A DNA stretch of 64,000 bases, taken from Callorhinchus milii (Eukaryota). The DNA lies in contig NW_024704744.1 of NCBI RefSeq assembly GCF_018977255.1, positions 82,398,001 to 82,462,000 of the forward strand, in the 5' to 3' direction. Shown piece by piece: positions 48,301 through 61,985 of the stretch. A program made the translations under genes and the position numbers. Each line of letters begins with the position of its first letter. Position 1 is the stretch's first letter. Below the pieces are notes generated by a model. It saw only the letters and a list, made by a program, of their open reading frames with translations, was not told where the DNA came from and searched no databases.

Positions 48301-51237
48301 TCATTGGGACTTGCATAATACAGTTTGACCTAGATTTTGTATCTATAATACATTATAATTTATTCACAATGCGAGTGGGAATCTATTAGTGTGGTGAAGT
48401 TATAAGACTGAATGAACCACTTGACCCAGATACATTTCTTCACAAAACCTTTGGTTTAAGTAGGTCAGCAGTAGCACTTTGAACTGTCTGTATATTAACC
48501 AAATCGGAAGGTAAGAAAGTCTCATTACTTATTGAGCAACAAACTAATTCTGCCAGTGATGATTTGCCACTGATTTAATCCCCAAATGATGCCATTTCAT
48601 AACAACTTCTGTCTGTTCTGACCAGTTTGACGTGGTCTTGACTGGGATTTTGACAGCAAGGGGCGGGTCATTGCTGCCAGTAACAATTTAATTCATTCTC
48701 TGTTTCTACTCTGCAACATGTCCAGGAAAAAAAAGCATCTGAAAAGGCATCTGCACTGGTCGATTTAAAATAGCTCTACTTCCTTCTGCAATGAATAGGA
48801 AGTAGACTCTAATGAGTTCTGGCAAATGTCACAAGCATGTCACCTTTGCAGTAAAGTCATTTTCCACAGGGTGGTGTCGCTTGTACCCATGTCATGGGAG
48901 GACTATTATGCATTACCATATGACTGCAGGTCATTGTGTTTTGGAGTCCTTGAAGACTAGACTGATATATAATTGCTCTTTAACAGAGCAGACTCTTCTG
49001 TTGGACTTTGTGGGCGGCATTTCCTGACTCTTCAAATTAAATTCTGCACAACAACCTTTTTCAAAAACTTCTTGGTTGCTTTCTTTTTTTTATTAATTAA
49101 AGTAGGTCGTGCACTAGAAATTCATTCTCGGTCTTTAAACTTCAATAACCAGAGCATCCATTGAATAATGTGAGTGCCCACCTTAATGTCATTACATTTT
49201 TTCCAATCAGTAGACATGAACACAATGCCCTCTGCCCTTGCAGACAAAGTAAAAGAGCCATCAACTACTGAAATACAAGTGCATGTCATTAGTAATATGG
49301 ATACAAAGGATTCAGACTCTAATTGAAAGAGCCTGGAATGAATTTTCAATAATTGATGTTTTCAGCATATATTGAATTCTTTATGCGCATCTCCTTAAAC
49401 TGTATGAAACGTGCTGGCCATGAGGTTCTAGTGTAAAATCAATGATGAAAGGTGCTGGTTAAAAACATTGTATTTTGTATCTTAGGGAAAGGTGCAAGCT
49501 GCAATAATGTATAACTTATTATGCTACAAGCACTCAATAAATCATTATTTCATAAAACGGATCTGAGCTGTGCTGCATATTCCAACATTACATTATTCAG
49601 TGACCTGATATCTCCACTGGAGGCAAAGGCCAAGAGAGTTTCCGCGGTACTGTTTGGGCCTGGAGAACAGCTACATTCCGCCTATCCAGCACAGGATTTT
49701 AACCATGCAATGGGAAGTAACAACATGACTTTGATATTGTATCAGATTTCATCTGCCATTAGGGACATGAAAATGGAGATCTTTGGCTGCTGCTGCTTTT
49801 TTTAAAAAAATCCACTGTCCTACACAGACAACTGTAGGGGTTATTCTAACACCGTGGGGAATGCCAGAGTCTCATCAAAGCAGGTCTCGGGTCAAACCGA
49901 TTCTGTATGTTCAAGTAAACTGGAAACAAAATTCAGCCTCTGCCAATTCAACTACAAAGTACAGGTTTTACACATTTGAAAATGTAACGCAGGGTTTCAA
50001 GCAGTGCAACACTTTAAATGGTCTATTACTATGCTCACTAACCCCAGTGCTGCCCTGCAAACATCTGGGATTTTGGAGTTAAAGCCAAACTCAGGACTAA
50101 AATGAAATGTACAGACCTGATTAAATAGTGTCACGTATTGATGTTCTTGGGCAGGAATCTCCCAGTGTAGCACCTTGGAGCTAGAATGAAATGTAACACC
50201 TTGATCTGTATGCTCCCTGTTATCTGGACATTCTTTTCCACCAGCTATAGAGGCCTATTTCCAGAATTTGTGGAAATTGCTTGCGTTACTTTCCATAAAT
50301 ATCAAACAAAAATTCTGTTAATAACTGACAATGAGGTAGGTCTACTGCATTCACATTCACTTTAAAAGTTAAGGGTCAAAAAATGAAATGCTGTTTTTTT
50401 TATAATCACAGTGCGTCCGTACCTGGTTCACATGATTTTTTCAGTGCTTTTTCTCATTATTATTCCATCCCTCACTCCATCGCTAGCAGTTTATTTTCAA
50501 TTGAAATGTATCTAACTGGGAAAACTTAGAACAAAAGGATTACCTTTCTAAGTGATGTAGCAGAACCAATCAAAATTACACGTTCAAACTCCAGGCTGTT
50601 CTAAATTCCTGACTTGGTGCTGAGCTCAGTTTTAACCAATTAAACACATCTCAGATAGCATGCCATGTATCTATGGCTGATGTGATCCTTTTAAATTATT
50701 TTCACAGCATACTGACAGCCCAAAGTTACACCAATGTTCCCAACCATTGAGCAACTGAATGCACGTGTGTGACTATGTTTTTACGTAGGAGTTTTAAAAC
50801 ATGGTCGTTTCTAATGGGATTCCTTAATAAAAAATGCAAACTCCTTCCAGTAACTGGAAGTATGTCACATCCACACGTGGGAAACTCCATTCCAGACGTA
50901 TATTGCTTTGAAGCGGATTTACCACTCCATCGGATCAAATGACCAACAACAGAATTGAGATTTGAAGAAGTTTCTTTTGCATCAACAACTCCAGTGGTAA
51001 TTACACACAAGATGCATTCATCTGTCAGGTACATACATATTTTAACTACATGATCACTAACCTTCTGACTTTACTTCAGATTCAAAAGTATTTGCTGACA
51101 AAGTTTCTGAACCATAAAGCACACTTTTTGTTATTAAATACACATCCTTTATGACGTAATCTGATTTGGAAACCAAACCCCAAATAATAGCAAAGAAAAC
51201 ACTGTAAAGTGAAATAAGGCAGCAAAGAGGCAAGTGT

Positions 51238-51590
51238 ACAACAAATTCTACTTATATGGCACTTTTTACACTGGAGCAACATCTTAAAGCGTTTCACGAG
51301 ATTAATGAGCAGCGAGAGGATGGGGGGATTTCAGGGTGGTAACAAAGAGATTATGAAGGCAGGAGAGAAGGAGCAAGGGAAAAGGGTTTGGGAACAGAAA
51401 CCTAGAGAGCAGCAGCTTACTAGTTGAATGGGCAAAGGAATGAGGAACACGTTACAGATCAGATTCAGAGTCAGAAGGTACAGACGCAAGAAAAAGAGCT
51501 GGAAGAGATTGCAAAAGTAGACAGGGGCAAGATTGTGATGTGATTTGACAGTTACACCAAGGATCTTGTAGTCGATCCAGACAAGAGATA
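51238..51590 (-). mobile_element. Old L2 3' fragment
   Basis: L2-like tail followed by purine-rich body ending ccaaggatcttgtagtcgat. Confidence 0.6.
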
Positions 51591-51867
51591 ATGTTCAGAT
51601 CTTCATGATATTATATTGTGATCTTTAAAAGCCTTGTAGTTTTGCCAGATTTCAACAAAACACTTATGCTCAACATCAAGAGAACCAATCTCATTAGTGA
51701 AACTCAAAAGCCACAATAATCACCCTTCTAGTCAGATCTTTAATTACAAACCGACCAAATAAAATCAAGACAAAGGACAAATATCAGATACAAAGACTGA
51801 TGGTAAAATGCATTTCTGTCATTGTGTTAGAAATAAAAGACCATCTTGTGCAAAATCAATGTTTCAT

Positions 51868-52072
51868 TTTGACCCCAAAACAAGGTAAAGCACATATGTG
51901 ACAATCCTGACCTTAAAAACAAGGCAAGACAGACAGTATGTGATCATCCCGACCTTAAAACAGGGCAACACATACATGAAGTGGAGGATAAACACAGGCA
52001 TTGACTAGTTTGGCTGAATGACCTGTTGCACAATCTATGTAAATCTATGATCATCCCAACCCTAAAACAAGT
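51868..52072 (+). repeat. Degenerate tandem repeat (about four 40-bp units) split by a CR1 tail
   Basis: tgtgatcatcccgaccttaaaacagggcaa unit; CR1-like ggctgaatgacctgtt..tctatgtaaatctatg at about 51995-52050. Confidence 0.65.
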
Positions 52073-53344
52073 TGACATCTCCGGCTGGCATTGAAACAAC
52101 ACCTTCATTAATACTTGTTTTGTTTGTCTTAAATTACTTTACACAGTACATTGCACTGGGCAAGCACTAAACTTTTGTCTGGGATTTACATTTTACAATC
52201 ACACACAAGATTTTCATTTCAGCACATACTGATAACCTGGTCTATATTTAAATCTATATTTGTTTTTATCCGTAAACCTTAGAACCTGGAAGGAATGGAA
52301 TAGAATATTCAATACTTCCAAACATTTCAGAGTCCATTTTAATAATTATGTTCAGTAAGATTTGTTTATCTCTTGAGTTTAAAATGAGCTTGCCTTTTTT
52401 TTATTCAGAAAACACAGCATACATTGGCTAAATTCTGACTTCAAGTCACTGCATTGCAAAATAATAAAACAATATTCCATCTAGAAATAATAAATCCCTC
52501 AAATCTTTTTACATATTATTTAGGGAGAAATTGAATTGTTTCCAATGAACAGCAATTCTAGTAAGTTATTCTCTGCAAGCCACAGTTATTCTTTCAACAT
52601 TACAATCAATCTAAATTAATATGTAAATTGCATCACATTTTCCTACTATTCCAACAATGTGAAAGTAATAATACATTTCTAAATCACTTTAGTTATGTTC
52701 TTGTGGCTTCTAGAATAGAGCAATTTGACTCCACACGGCTCATGTGCTTAATAATAAAAAATTAAGACTTTCTATTTTGAACCGCAAGCATTGTTTGAAA
52801 GAGTGGGTAAATGGTACTGCATCATAAAATTATCAAATCTTAACCAAATATTCTTCCAGTGCATTGCTTACAGCAAAGTGGAGTTGAGAAGACGATCAAA
52901 ACTGCTTAGAATTAAAGCGTAAAAGAAAGTGCGAATAAAAGCACCGCTGAAATTGTGATAGATGACAGACAGTACAAAAATAATGCTATGAGTATAGATG
53001 GAAGTTCTGGGAACTTCAGATTTACCTTTTACATTCCAACAACAAGTATTCAACAATGAGTGAACTCAAGGCTGTATTCTAAATTAAGTTTACCAGTCTG
53101 CACGCATTTGTATCGTAACATATCTATTGGTTACTTCACTTCTCTCTCTTGGATTTAGTCACTTTTATTTCTTAGGAATTGTATACATGATAGTGATTGG
53201 TTAAATCACTTTAGGATTTCTGTTAATTCTTCTATTTTTTTATCCATCAGAAATGTCAGTGTCTATCTCACAGATGTTCAACTAACACGTGTCAGGACTT
53301 GTAAAAACAACCATTTTACATGTATATGTCATCTTTCACATGTA

Positions 53345-54230
53345 TATGCCACCTTCCGCTCAGCTGCCTCTGCCCCTCCATCTACTACTCCCACCTCATC
53401 TCCCTCTCTCACCCCGGCCCCCACCCATCCCTCCCTCCATACCTTCAAACTTGTCTCCCCCTCTTCTCTCATCACCACTATAATCCGCACGAAACCGACC
53501 ACCTGCATCACTCCTATCTTTAAAAAACTCTGCCTGGATCCATCCCTGCTCTCAAACTACAGCCCCATCTCCAACCTCCCTTTCCTCTCCAAGGTCCTGG
53601 AACGAGTTGTTACTTCCCAGCTTCGCTCCTTCCTCTCCCGTCACTCCCTTCACAAACTGCTCCAATCGTGTTTCCGAAACAGCCCTGGTCAAAGTAACAA
53701 ATGACATTCTATCCATCTGGGGCCAGGGCTCCTTCTGCACTCCTTGTCCTCTCTATTGCCTTCAACACCGTTGACCACTCTGTCCTCACCTTCTCTCCTC
53801 TCATCACAATCATCACACAGATGTTATAGTTCTAGATCCTGGTCCTCACTTTCAAAGCCCTCCACGGCCTTGCTAACCCCTACCATCCTGCCCGCTCCCT
53901 CTGCTCAGCGGGCTCCAGCCTGCTTCACGTCCCCCGCCTCGCCCACCCCACCATTGGCTGGCAGGCCTTCTGGCACTCTGCCCCCACCCTTTGGAACTCC
54001 CGCCTGCAGTCCCTCCATCTCACCCTCTTCCTTGCCTCCTTCAAGACCCATCTCAAGATCCTCCTCTTCGACCGTGCTTTCGGTCACCCTGTTTCCTCCC
54101 CTGCACTCCATTCTCCCCAAGCCCGACCCCAGCTCAGGTCCGAAACACTGACTGTCCAGCGCCTTGAGAAGTCCTTCTGACGTGAAAGGCGCTGTACAAA
54201 TGTAATTTTGTTGTTATTGTTGTTGTTGTT
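53345..54230 (+). mobile_element. Internally deleted L2 with RT N-terminal part and 3' end
   Basis: ITPIFKKLCLDPSLLSNYSPISNLPFLSKVLERVVTSQLRSFL..ALVKVTNDILS (non-LTR RT motif) joined to the ORF2 C-terminus, UTR and (TTG)n tail. Confidence 0.92.
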
Positions 54231-55231
54231 CACGTCAGGAGATGTCTCAAAGTGCTAGCTGTGTAACCAGCAAGAAATTGGCTCAAATCATGGCTCAGAA
54301 AGTACACACGCAACTACTTTCCTGCTTATTTCTTCCTATTTGCAGAGAGTCCAATCAAAATTGGGGTAGTCTCTAATCACCTTGGCAATACCATTGATAT
54401 ATTACTGTGAGTGATTATTGCCAAACCAAATAGATTAAAGCAGGGACCAATCTGGCGATCTAAGCTCTAAAACACTAGATCTTGAAAGGGTGAAAATCCA
54501 AATTCTGTATTTAGTTAATGCAATGGGGGACGGGAAAGCTTCAAGAAGTCAACATTCCAAAGTTAGAATTGAAGAGCGTTCTTGAAATCAAATTCCACAT
54601 TACTTTGAAATGATATACTGAAACAATGTCGGTGTATGTCTTCCTTGAAATAAGACAAAACAGGGACCATTCTCACAAATGCACAAATGTTACTGTTAAT
54701 CAGTTACTCACAACTTTGACACATTGACACTGTCATAAAAATCTGCTCACGTTTTTAATGTTTCTGAACTAACCAAGTTATTTGCATTGAAGTAAAGTCA
54801 TTTGGGACTTTCTCTGGGCTGTGTTTGCAGCTCGTGCTGATGGATGTGATGTCCATTTTGTGCTCTACATAGGAACAGTTCAACAGTATCACCAGCTGCA
54901 AACATCTTACAGCTCTCATTCTCTGTTCTGTACAGAACAATGATCACCATATTTAGCCTCAACATTTATTAAATAAAATGAGTAAAAATAAAAAAAACTA
55001 TCCTGCAAATGTGCAAAAATAGCTGCCTTTAGAATGTTGTTTATGAATGTAAACATAGAACAAATGGCCATTAGGTTGACTGAGCCCATTTCACAATACT
55101 ACTGCACTAGCTTGTGTTATCAGACTTAGAAAGTTACAGTATAGAAACAGACCATTCAGCCCAATCAACCTGTGTCAGTGTTTCCAGGTGACTCCAGGAT
55201 GACTCTCCACCCCTCTTCATCCTCTCTCCCA

Positions 55232-55339
55232 TAATAATAATCCTTGCATTTGATATAGCGCCTTATCGCATCTTCGAGACGTCTCAAAGCGCTTCATAGA
55301 ATATACTGTAAAGTGAATTGATTGCATATTTTGTGGGCC
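55232..55339 (-). mobile_element. SINE family A tail
   Basis: Matches the consensus tail. Confidence 0.85.
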
Positions 55340-57949
55340 ATACCATGTATTACCTTCTCCCCGTAATATTGTCCTTAAGCTCATAAATATTGTTTTAATG
55401 TATTGTTTATCTGGAATTAGCACACTGGGACACTACCCTGTGTGAAGGGCACTATATAAATGCAAGTAGTTGTTGTTGTTGAAGTTGCTGTATGTTATCA
55501 CAGCACTAAATAAAAATAGAACGGTAGCAATTGCACTTTGGAAAATTCTAAAAGGCCAAAACATGAAAAATGTAAAACAAAATCTCAGAACCAAATAAGT
55601 AACAACTGGAATATTGCATTCAACATTTGGTTGCCAGTGATCTTGTTCATAATACACACTGATCATATTGATGCCTGCGACAGTCAAATTTAAGAGTACA
55701 ACTTTGAATGTTCTTTAAATAAAGTGTAAATATGAAACTGGTCTTAACGAAAATTAATTTGTTCAATAGATTTTTCTGTTGGATCCAGGTGGTTTAAAAT
55801 AAAATCTCATGCCTTTTTGCAATCAGTACAAAAGGTACCAAGTGACACCCAAACTATATAAATGTTAAATGTTATCTGATTGTCAAAGAATACGGTGGTA
55901 AAAAGAAATGAAAAAGGGGATCATGGAAAAAAAGACTAATGAAAAAGGCTTGTATCATGAATTTTACAGGATCATTTGATGAACAGTGCAAGAGATAGCT
56001 GTGAAAAAAATCAAAGTAATGGGAATAAATTGTGTCTACAGTAATAAAGTAAAACTAATGAAACTATTAAGAAAGGATTGAGATGTAACTGGTATCAATT
56101 CCAGAAAATTAAACCCAATAAAGAAAGAATAACCCAATAATCAAAGCAGTCAATGAAATAAATAATAGAGGAAGGTAATGTAATTATAAGGAAATATTGA
56201 CATAAATTTAAATGAAAAATATATGAAATATTAATGGTGGTGACAGTGGATGAAATGTGGGTTTTGAAACTTATGCAGAACATTTACAGAACTTTCAACT
56301 GTTCTCAGGTCATGAGATTTTATTCCCCCTAATCTCACTGTGATCCTAAACCCTCGAGATTGCCTGGGGCAGAGGTTGGCAATGTACCTTGGAAACATTG
56401 CCCAGTGTTCCTTGCTGGAAAAGAAAACACTTCCCCCAAAAGAATGGACAGATCGCATTCGAAGTTAATGTGTGTATTTGGAAGTGGGTATGTGACTGCA
56501 GACTTGCTGAGAAGCTAGAGCCAGTAAATGAATGAAGGATATAAAGTCAGCCAAAGTCACTTTTACCTTTCTTCCAGCGATAACGCATGAACCCATTGGA
56601 AAGGTGCTCCTTGCTGCAGTTGAACAGAAACAATGTATTTTGAAAATAGAGAGAAAAGAATGGAGATTTAATGAACATTGGTGTATGACTTGCATTTATC
56701 ATTCAATCTGCTATTTAACTCTTGATGTATTTTAAAAATTCATGTTCACAGCTTGAATGAATAATATATAGACACTTTACTGTATGCAGAGTTAAGTACT
56801 ACTTTAAATTTGCTTCATGAATTATTTTTTATTGCAGGACGGGATTTCTGATCTGCTTTACGAGTAAACTTCCTTGCACACACAAAACGTAAATGAGGCA
56901 CTAATTTTATTTGCAGTCTGCTGCTGCAAATAGGGATGGGGAGTGACAAAGAGACATCTACCTATATTGCTGACTCCAGCAATTGCAGAAGCATTTGTGA
57001 TCATGTAAGTTATGGGCAACATTTATCAAAACATTAATTTTCACAAAGTAAATCACAAGTCGTCTTATTTTGTCTGCCAGTTTAAATTTGCACTTATCCA
57101 CATAGAACACAGGCTAATTTATAAGGATAGTCGAGCAGATTTTGTGTGGAAAATAACACAATCATTCTGGAAATGTGTCGGAGGATGGGTTGCTGAAGTT
57201 GCTGACAAATAGGTGTGCTGTAAATCACTCTTACAGTGTATGTTGTCTTCAGACAAAACTTAAAAGATTTGTGATTCATTCAGCTTGTTAGAATATAAAA
57301 TCCGGCTGTTTAAGCATTGCTATAATATACTGTAGTGCAGGTCGCAATTTGAAAATGTTTCGTAATAAAAAAACTATTTTCCAGATGTGATTTCAAAAAT
57401 CTAGTTCAATTTTTTTTAAATTAATTGAAATGGCAGTTGAACAAATAACATTATTTCTTAAAGTAAGTTAAAACTGTTTAGCAATAAAATAGCTTTGCTG
57501 CGCTTCTGCTCCTATCTCAAGTGAAGTCTTTTGTATTCAAAATTGGCTCCAGTGCCTGGTGCTGTGAGTGAACAGCCAGGGCTATTGTGATATCAAAGGT
57601 TCTTACTAATTCAGTTGCTATTGCTATGTAATAGACCCACTCTATTGCTGTAATGGACAACTTGATAACAATGCATATTATATACTGCAGAGTTGAACCA
57701 GCTTCAAATTCCCAAATTATGGTGTCAACTACTCTACATTAATTCAGGCTGCTTCAGAAAAAATTGTCTAATAATTAGAGTGATTTCATATTATTAGTAG
57801 CCAGACCAGATTTTAAATTGCTTGTAAATAAAAATAGACAATTTTCAAATGTTAGATTTAACCATGTGTGTTGCAGAAATCACTATGTGGTAGTTTTTCC
57901 TAACACAGTAAGCAGAACACTATCAGAAAAGGTTTATGGCTAACCCGTT

Positions 57950-57972
57950 GTGTGTGTGTGTGTGTGTGTGTG
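57950..57972 (+). repeat. (TG)n microsatellite
   Basis: Direct reading. Confidence 0.95.
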
Positions 57973-58303
57973 GAATGCCTTTCCCACTGTCTCTGTATCA
58001 TATTCTCCATATACCACACGTATCCTCCTTGCAGGGGAGGTAAGCAGGGTCTCCTTGGAGCTGATCTGGCTCCAAGGAGACATGCTTTGTAACAGAATAT
58101 CAGAATCGAGCCAACTCTCTGTGGCGGTCTTGGTAGTCTGGTTCCTGAACCAAGTGTGGTCCATCATACTCCAGTGCTCCGCTGACGATAGCCCAGCCTG
58201 CCTGGCTCATTGTCGGACTTGGAAAGGGGAAGGCCAGTCACTGAGAGCAGGGATTCTAACCACTCAGCTCCTGTTAACCCTGAAGCGAAAAGCCCCAACG
58301 GGT

Positions 58304-59088
58304 AATAATAATAATAATCCTTGCATTTGATATAGCGCTTTTCACGTCGGGAGGACGTCCCAAAGCGCTTCACAGAACACACTGTAAAGTGAATTGACTG
58401 TATATTTGTGGGCGAACACGGCAGCCAATTGCGCACAGCAATGTCCCACAAACAGTCGTAAATTGAAAATGACCAATTTATTATTGTTTTTGGTTTTGGA
58501 GGGATTATTATTAGGCTCTGTGTGGAGTAAGGAAACTTGCCCAAGGTTTCGCCCTCTGCCTGGAATTGAACTCAGGTCTCTCGCTTGCAAACAACAACAA
58601 CAACAACAACAAGATTCCATTTATAGAGCGCCTTTCACGTCAGGAGGACGTCCCAAGGCGCTGCACAGTTGGGTCATGACCCGGGCAGGGGGAAATGGTC
58701 AGGGTGAGGGGAGGGAAGGGAGGGAGAGGGGGGGAAATGGTCAGGGTGAGGGGAGGGAAGGGAGGGAGCGAGGAGGAGGAAGAGAGTCGAGAGGGGAGCT
58801 GAAGGCACGGTCAAAGAGAAAGGTTTTGAGACCGGCCTTGAAGGAGGAAAGGGAGGAAGCGGCGAAGGCACTGGGGATGGAGTTCCAGAGCCTCGGGGCT
58901 GAGAGGCTGAAGGCCGACCACCGATAGTAGGGCGGTTGGGGCGGGGGACGTGGAGCAGACCGGAGCCAGAGGAACGGAGGGTACGGGCAGGTAGGTAGGG
59001 GGATAGTAGGTTGGAGAGGTAGGAGGGAGCAATGCCGTGAATGGCCTTGCAAAGCGAGTGCTCTAACCACTGAGCTACAGGACTCCAC
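58304..59088 (-). mobile_element. Full-length young SINE A split by an L2 insertion
   Basis: 58304-58591 and 59046-59088 rejoin into a complete copy. Confidence 0.93.
58592..59045 (-). mobile_element. Young 5'-truncated L2 with 8-bp TSD
   Basis: KAIHGIAPSYLSNLLSPYLPARTLRSSGSGLLHVPR / AFSLSAPRLWNSIP..FKAGLKTFLFDRAF; TSD CTTGCAAA at 58584-58591 and 59046-59053; 40-bp duplication in the UTR. Confidence 0.95.
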
Positions 59089-59229
59089 AAAGGGTGGTTC
59101 TAACTAGACTAGAGTGTTAAAGCTTAACAGATGGTGCTATCAATGGCAAGCTATGTGGTTTTAACTGGTTAGGTTCTAGCAGTATCCCAACACACACTCT
59201 GGGAACCCCAAGCCTTGGCTCTTGCTCTG

Positions 59230-59395
59230 CAGGAATAGGCAAGCAGGATGCATCCTTCCACATCGAGAGCACACATTCCATTCCAATAATGGGAATTTCT
59301 ACATGTAGATGGGATGCATGGAATTCTGTTTGGTTTGGATTTACTCTTAAACTAGGTGATGGGTTTCCTCATGTGTCAAGCCACCCGGCTCACCA
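59230..59395 (-). repeat. Unclassified repeat R1 (longest copy)
   Basis: Its reverse complement spans the sequences at both 6415-6505 and 7023-7131. Confidence 0.7.
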
Positions 59396-59934
59396 AAACA
59401 AATATATACCACATTCTCCAAGTCTCACTCTCCAGTGTGTTGTGCTGTCCATCTTGCTGGATTCATTGAACACGTGATAAAAGTCTTATCAGCCACTCAT
59501 GCATAATTGTGGCACATGTAAATGTCAAGACTGTTAAATTTGAGAAATTAAACAAGTAACATAGCACTACCTACTTCAGCATAGTTTCACTGATGATAGC
59601 TTGCATGACGCATCCCAGAATGTGTTTGAAATTGCACCTTACTAACCAATAAAACATCACAGGACTGAGCCACTTTCACTCCATGGCAAGACCACCATAA
59701 TAAGTCAGTCATGCTAGCCTGGCTCGTGATGACTTATGGCACTTTCCAAATTATGAAAAAAAACAACTGTCATTCGACATCGCTGACATCGTTTTCTGAA
59801 CATCTAGTAGTTGAAAATTGAAAGAGCTGAATAAGAATTATGTTGAGTAATTGTTGAGCTAATGTACAATATTCATATGTGCCAAAGAAATCCTGTTCCT
59901 TTGTCTTGCATTATATTTCATGACACAGCCATCA

Positions 59935-60240
59935 AAGTGTCATCTCCCCTCGACTATTCTCCTTTCCATGCCCTTCGCCTCGCCTGCTACAATCTACTGC
60001 TTGTTCCTTAAACCATTGATTCCACCATTGAAGCCCAAGCCATGAGTCACTGCGTTCCCACTCTCTGGAATACTCCCCCCCCCCCCCCCCCCCCCCCAAC
60101 CCATGCCTTCTTCTTACTTGTCTTCCTGCTTTCAAAACCCTTTTAAGAAATATCACTTTCACTCTTCCTTTAGTCAGCACCCTTGAACATTCCTTCCTCC
60201 GTTTTCCACGCTCCCTATCTTTGTGAAGTACTTTGATGCA
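59935..60240 (+). mobile_element. Old L2 3' fragment with poly-C expansion
   Basis: cccactctctggaatact..ttcaaaacccttttaaga; poly-C at 60076-60097. Confidence 0.6.
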
Positions 60241-60747
60241 TATTATTAATGAGACCCACTTCCTTATACTGAGTGCAGTTACTTTCCAAAAGAGTGGATG
60301 AAGACATGTATGTGCTAAATTCAGCTAGGTATTTACAATGCTACTATGTGCAAATTTTCACCTGGGTCAATAGAAAATTGAGGAAATATTTGCCAAAAAT
60401 TGCAGGGCATTTGACAAATTTTGAGGACAACTGCGGAGGGTTGCTATTGAGAGACGCATTTTGTGAAACAACCCGGATTAAAACTAGAGGCATATATTTC
60501 CTGAACATGTCGTTATGTTTAAAATACTAAAAATGTTAATTTGATTCGTACAGCACTTACCAACAATTGGTGGCAGGAACTCAGTTTGGGCCGGGCGTCG
60601 AGCAAATAGACGGCAATAGTGTGACGCAGCTGCTATTTGTATCATGGGTCACTCGCCAGCGAAGCCGATTTCCCGCTCGCACTGTTTCAGCAATCCCAAC
60701 ATTCCCTGCGCCACGCTATGTGCGAGCGGCAGCACCGTTCCACCCAT

Positions 60748-60904
60748 GTTTTCAAGACGGAGATAGATATTTGTTAGGTCAGGGTATTAAGTGATATGTG
60801 GCAAAGGCGAGTAACTGGACTTGAGGTATAGCTCAGCCATGATCTTATAAAATGGCGATTCAGGCTCGAGGGGCTGAATAGCCTACTCCTATTTCTATGT
60901 TTCT
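60748..60904 (+). mobile_element. CR1 LINE 3' end
   Basis: tttcaagacggagatagata..cagccatgatctta..ggctcgaggggctgaatagcctactcct..tctatgtttct. Confidence 0.85.
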
Positions 60905-61807
60905 ATTAGCAGCGTCGAGTAAACAGCATGCAGGAGCCCGGGGGCTAGCACACTGTGCGTACAGGTTTGTAGTGGATTCCGCAGAAAAAGTCCGGCCGCA
61001 CTTTTCTGTTGACCCAGGTTATTACCCAACCCCATTTACTCCTTACATGGTAAGTAATGACACAGCTGTACTCTGCATGTCAGGTTATATAAAGCTTTTA
61101 TCTCTGTCCAGGCTCACCACTGCACATACAGCAACAGGATTCCACTGTGTAAGTTGTCCCGATTGCCCCATTATCTTTATGCATTTCATTTTATTTGCAT
61201 ATGTTATGCAGAACCAGGCTACTTTGTCAGTATTTTATTCAGATTAAAAGAACGGAGACCTTCAATACTGGGAAGTCAAGAAAGGTATATAAAGAAAAAG
61301 ACTTACTGAAAAGAAACAGTTGAATCTACCACGGAGCATGCAGCTAGCTCTATGTGTTCTTTCAATTAAAGTCAGTTGGATTAAATTCTCTGTGGAGGAT
61401 ATCACATGGGTTCCCTTGTGTACTGTTAACTGAATCCCATTATGGCAGGCTCCAGGGAGATTGTCACATGCACTTCTTCTATGTGCCCTTTCAGATAGAA
61501 ACAGTTAAGTTAAACAAGGCAAATTAATACAACTTGCTGATGTTGCATAAGACAATTAGACAGAGAGAGAGAGTCCACAGTAACAGTGTTTTGAGTTTGC
61601 GAATTTCCTGTGCTCAAAGTTCACATGACTTTATTTTATGGTTTTCTTTTATGTAATAAACAGTCAAAGCAGTATTTTCTGGACATGCCAGTGGAATTTA
61701 CATATTTTCTACTGAGGATTTTTTAGAGTGAATTTCAGGGGCAGTGATCAAAGCTTTCATAGAAATAAAATCATGGTATTTGATGTTGTTGTTGAAATGG
61801 ATCAAAG

Positions 61808-61985
61808 TAATAATAATAATCCTGGCATTTGATATAGTGCCTTATCACATCTTTAAGACATCTCAAAGTGCTTTACAGAATACACTGTAAAGTGAATTGA
61901 CTGTATATTTTGTGGGCGAAACGTGGCAGTCAATTGCTCACAGCAGTGTCCCACAAACAGTTATAGATTGAGTGACTAAATTATT
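61808..61985 (-). mobile_element. SINE family A 3' half
   Basis: Tail through gtcccacaaacagt. Confidence 0.85.

Noticed and set aside
49211-49326. Plus-strand last-exon candidate DMNTMPSALADKVKEP..DSDSN*
   Set aside because: Plausible acceptor but no recognisable protein and no partner exons
50543-50600. Minus-strand micro-exon NSLEFERVILIGSATSLRK
   Set aside because: Good donor but the acceptor lacks a pyrimidine tract; no homology recognised
58394-58927. Longest ORF (177 aa) with poly-Q and G/E/R repeats
   Set aside because: Antisense read-through of the SINE, the (AAC)n tail and the L2 UTR
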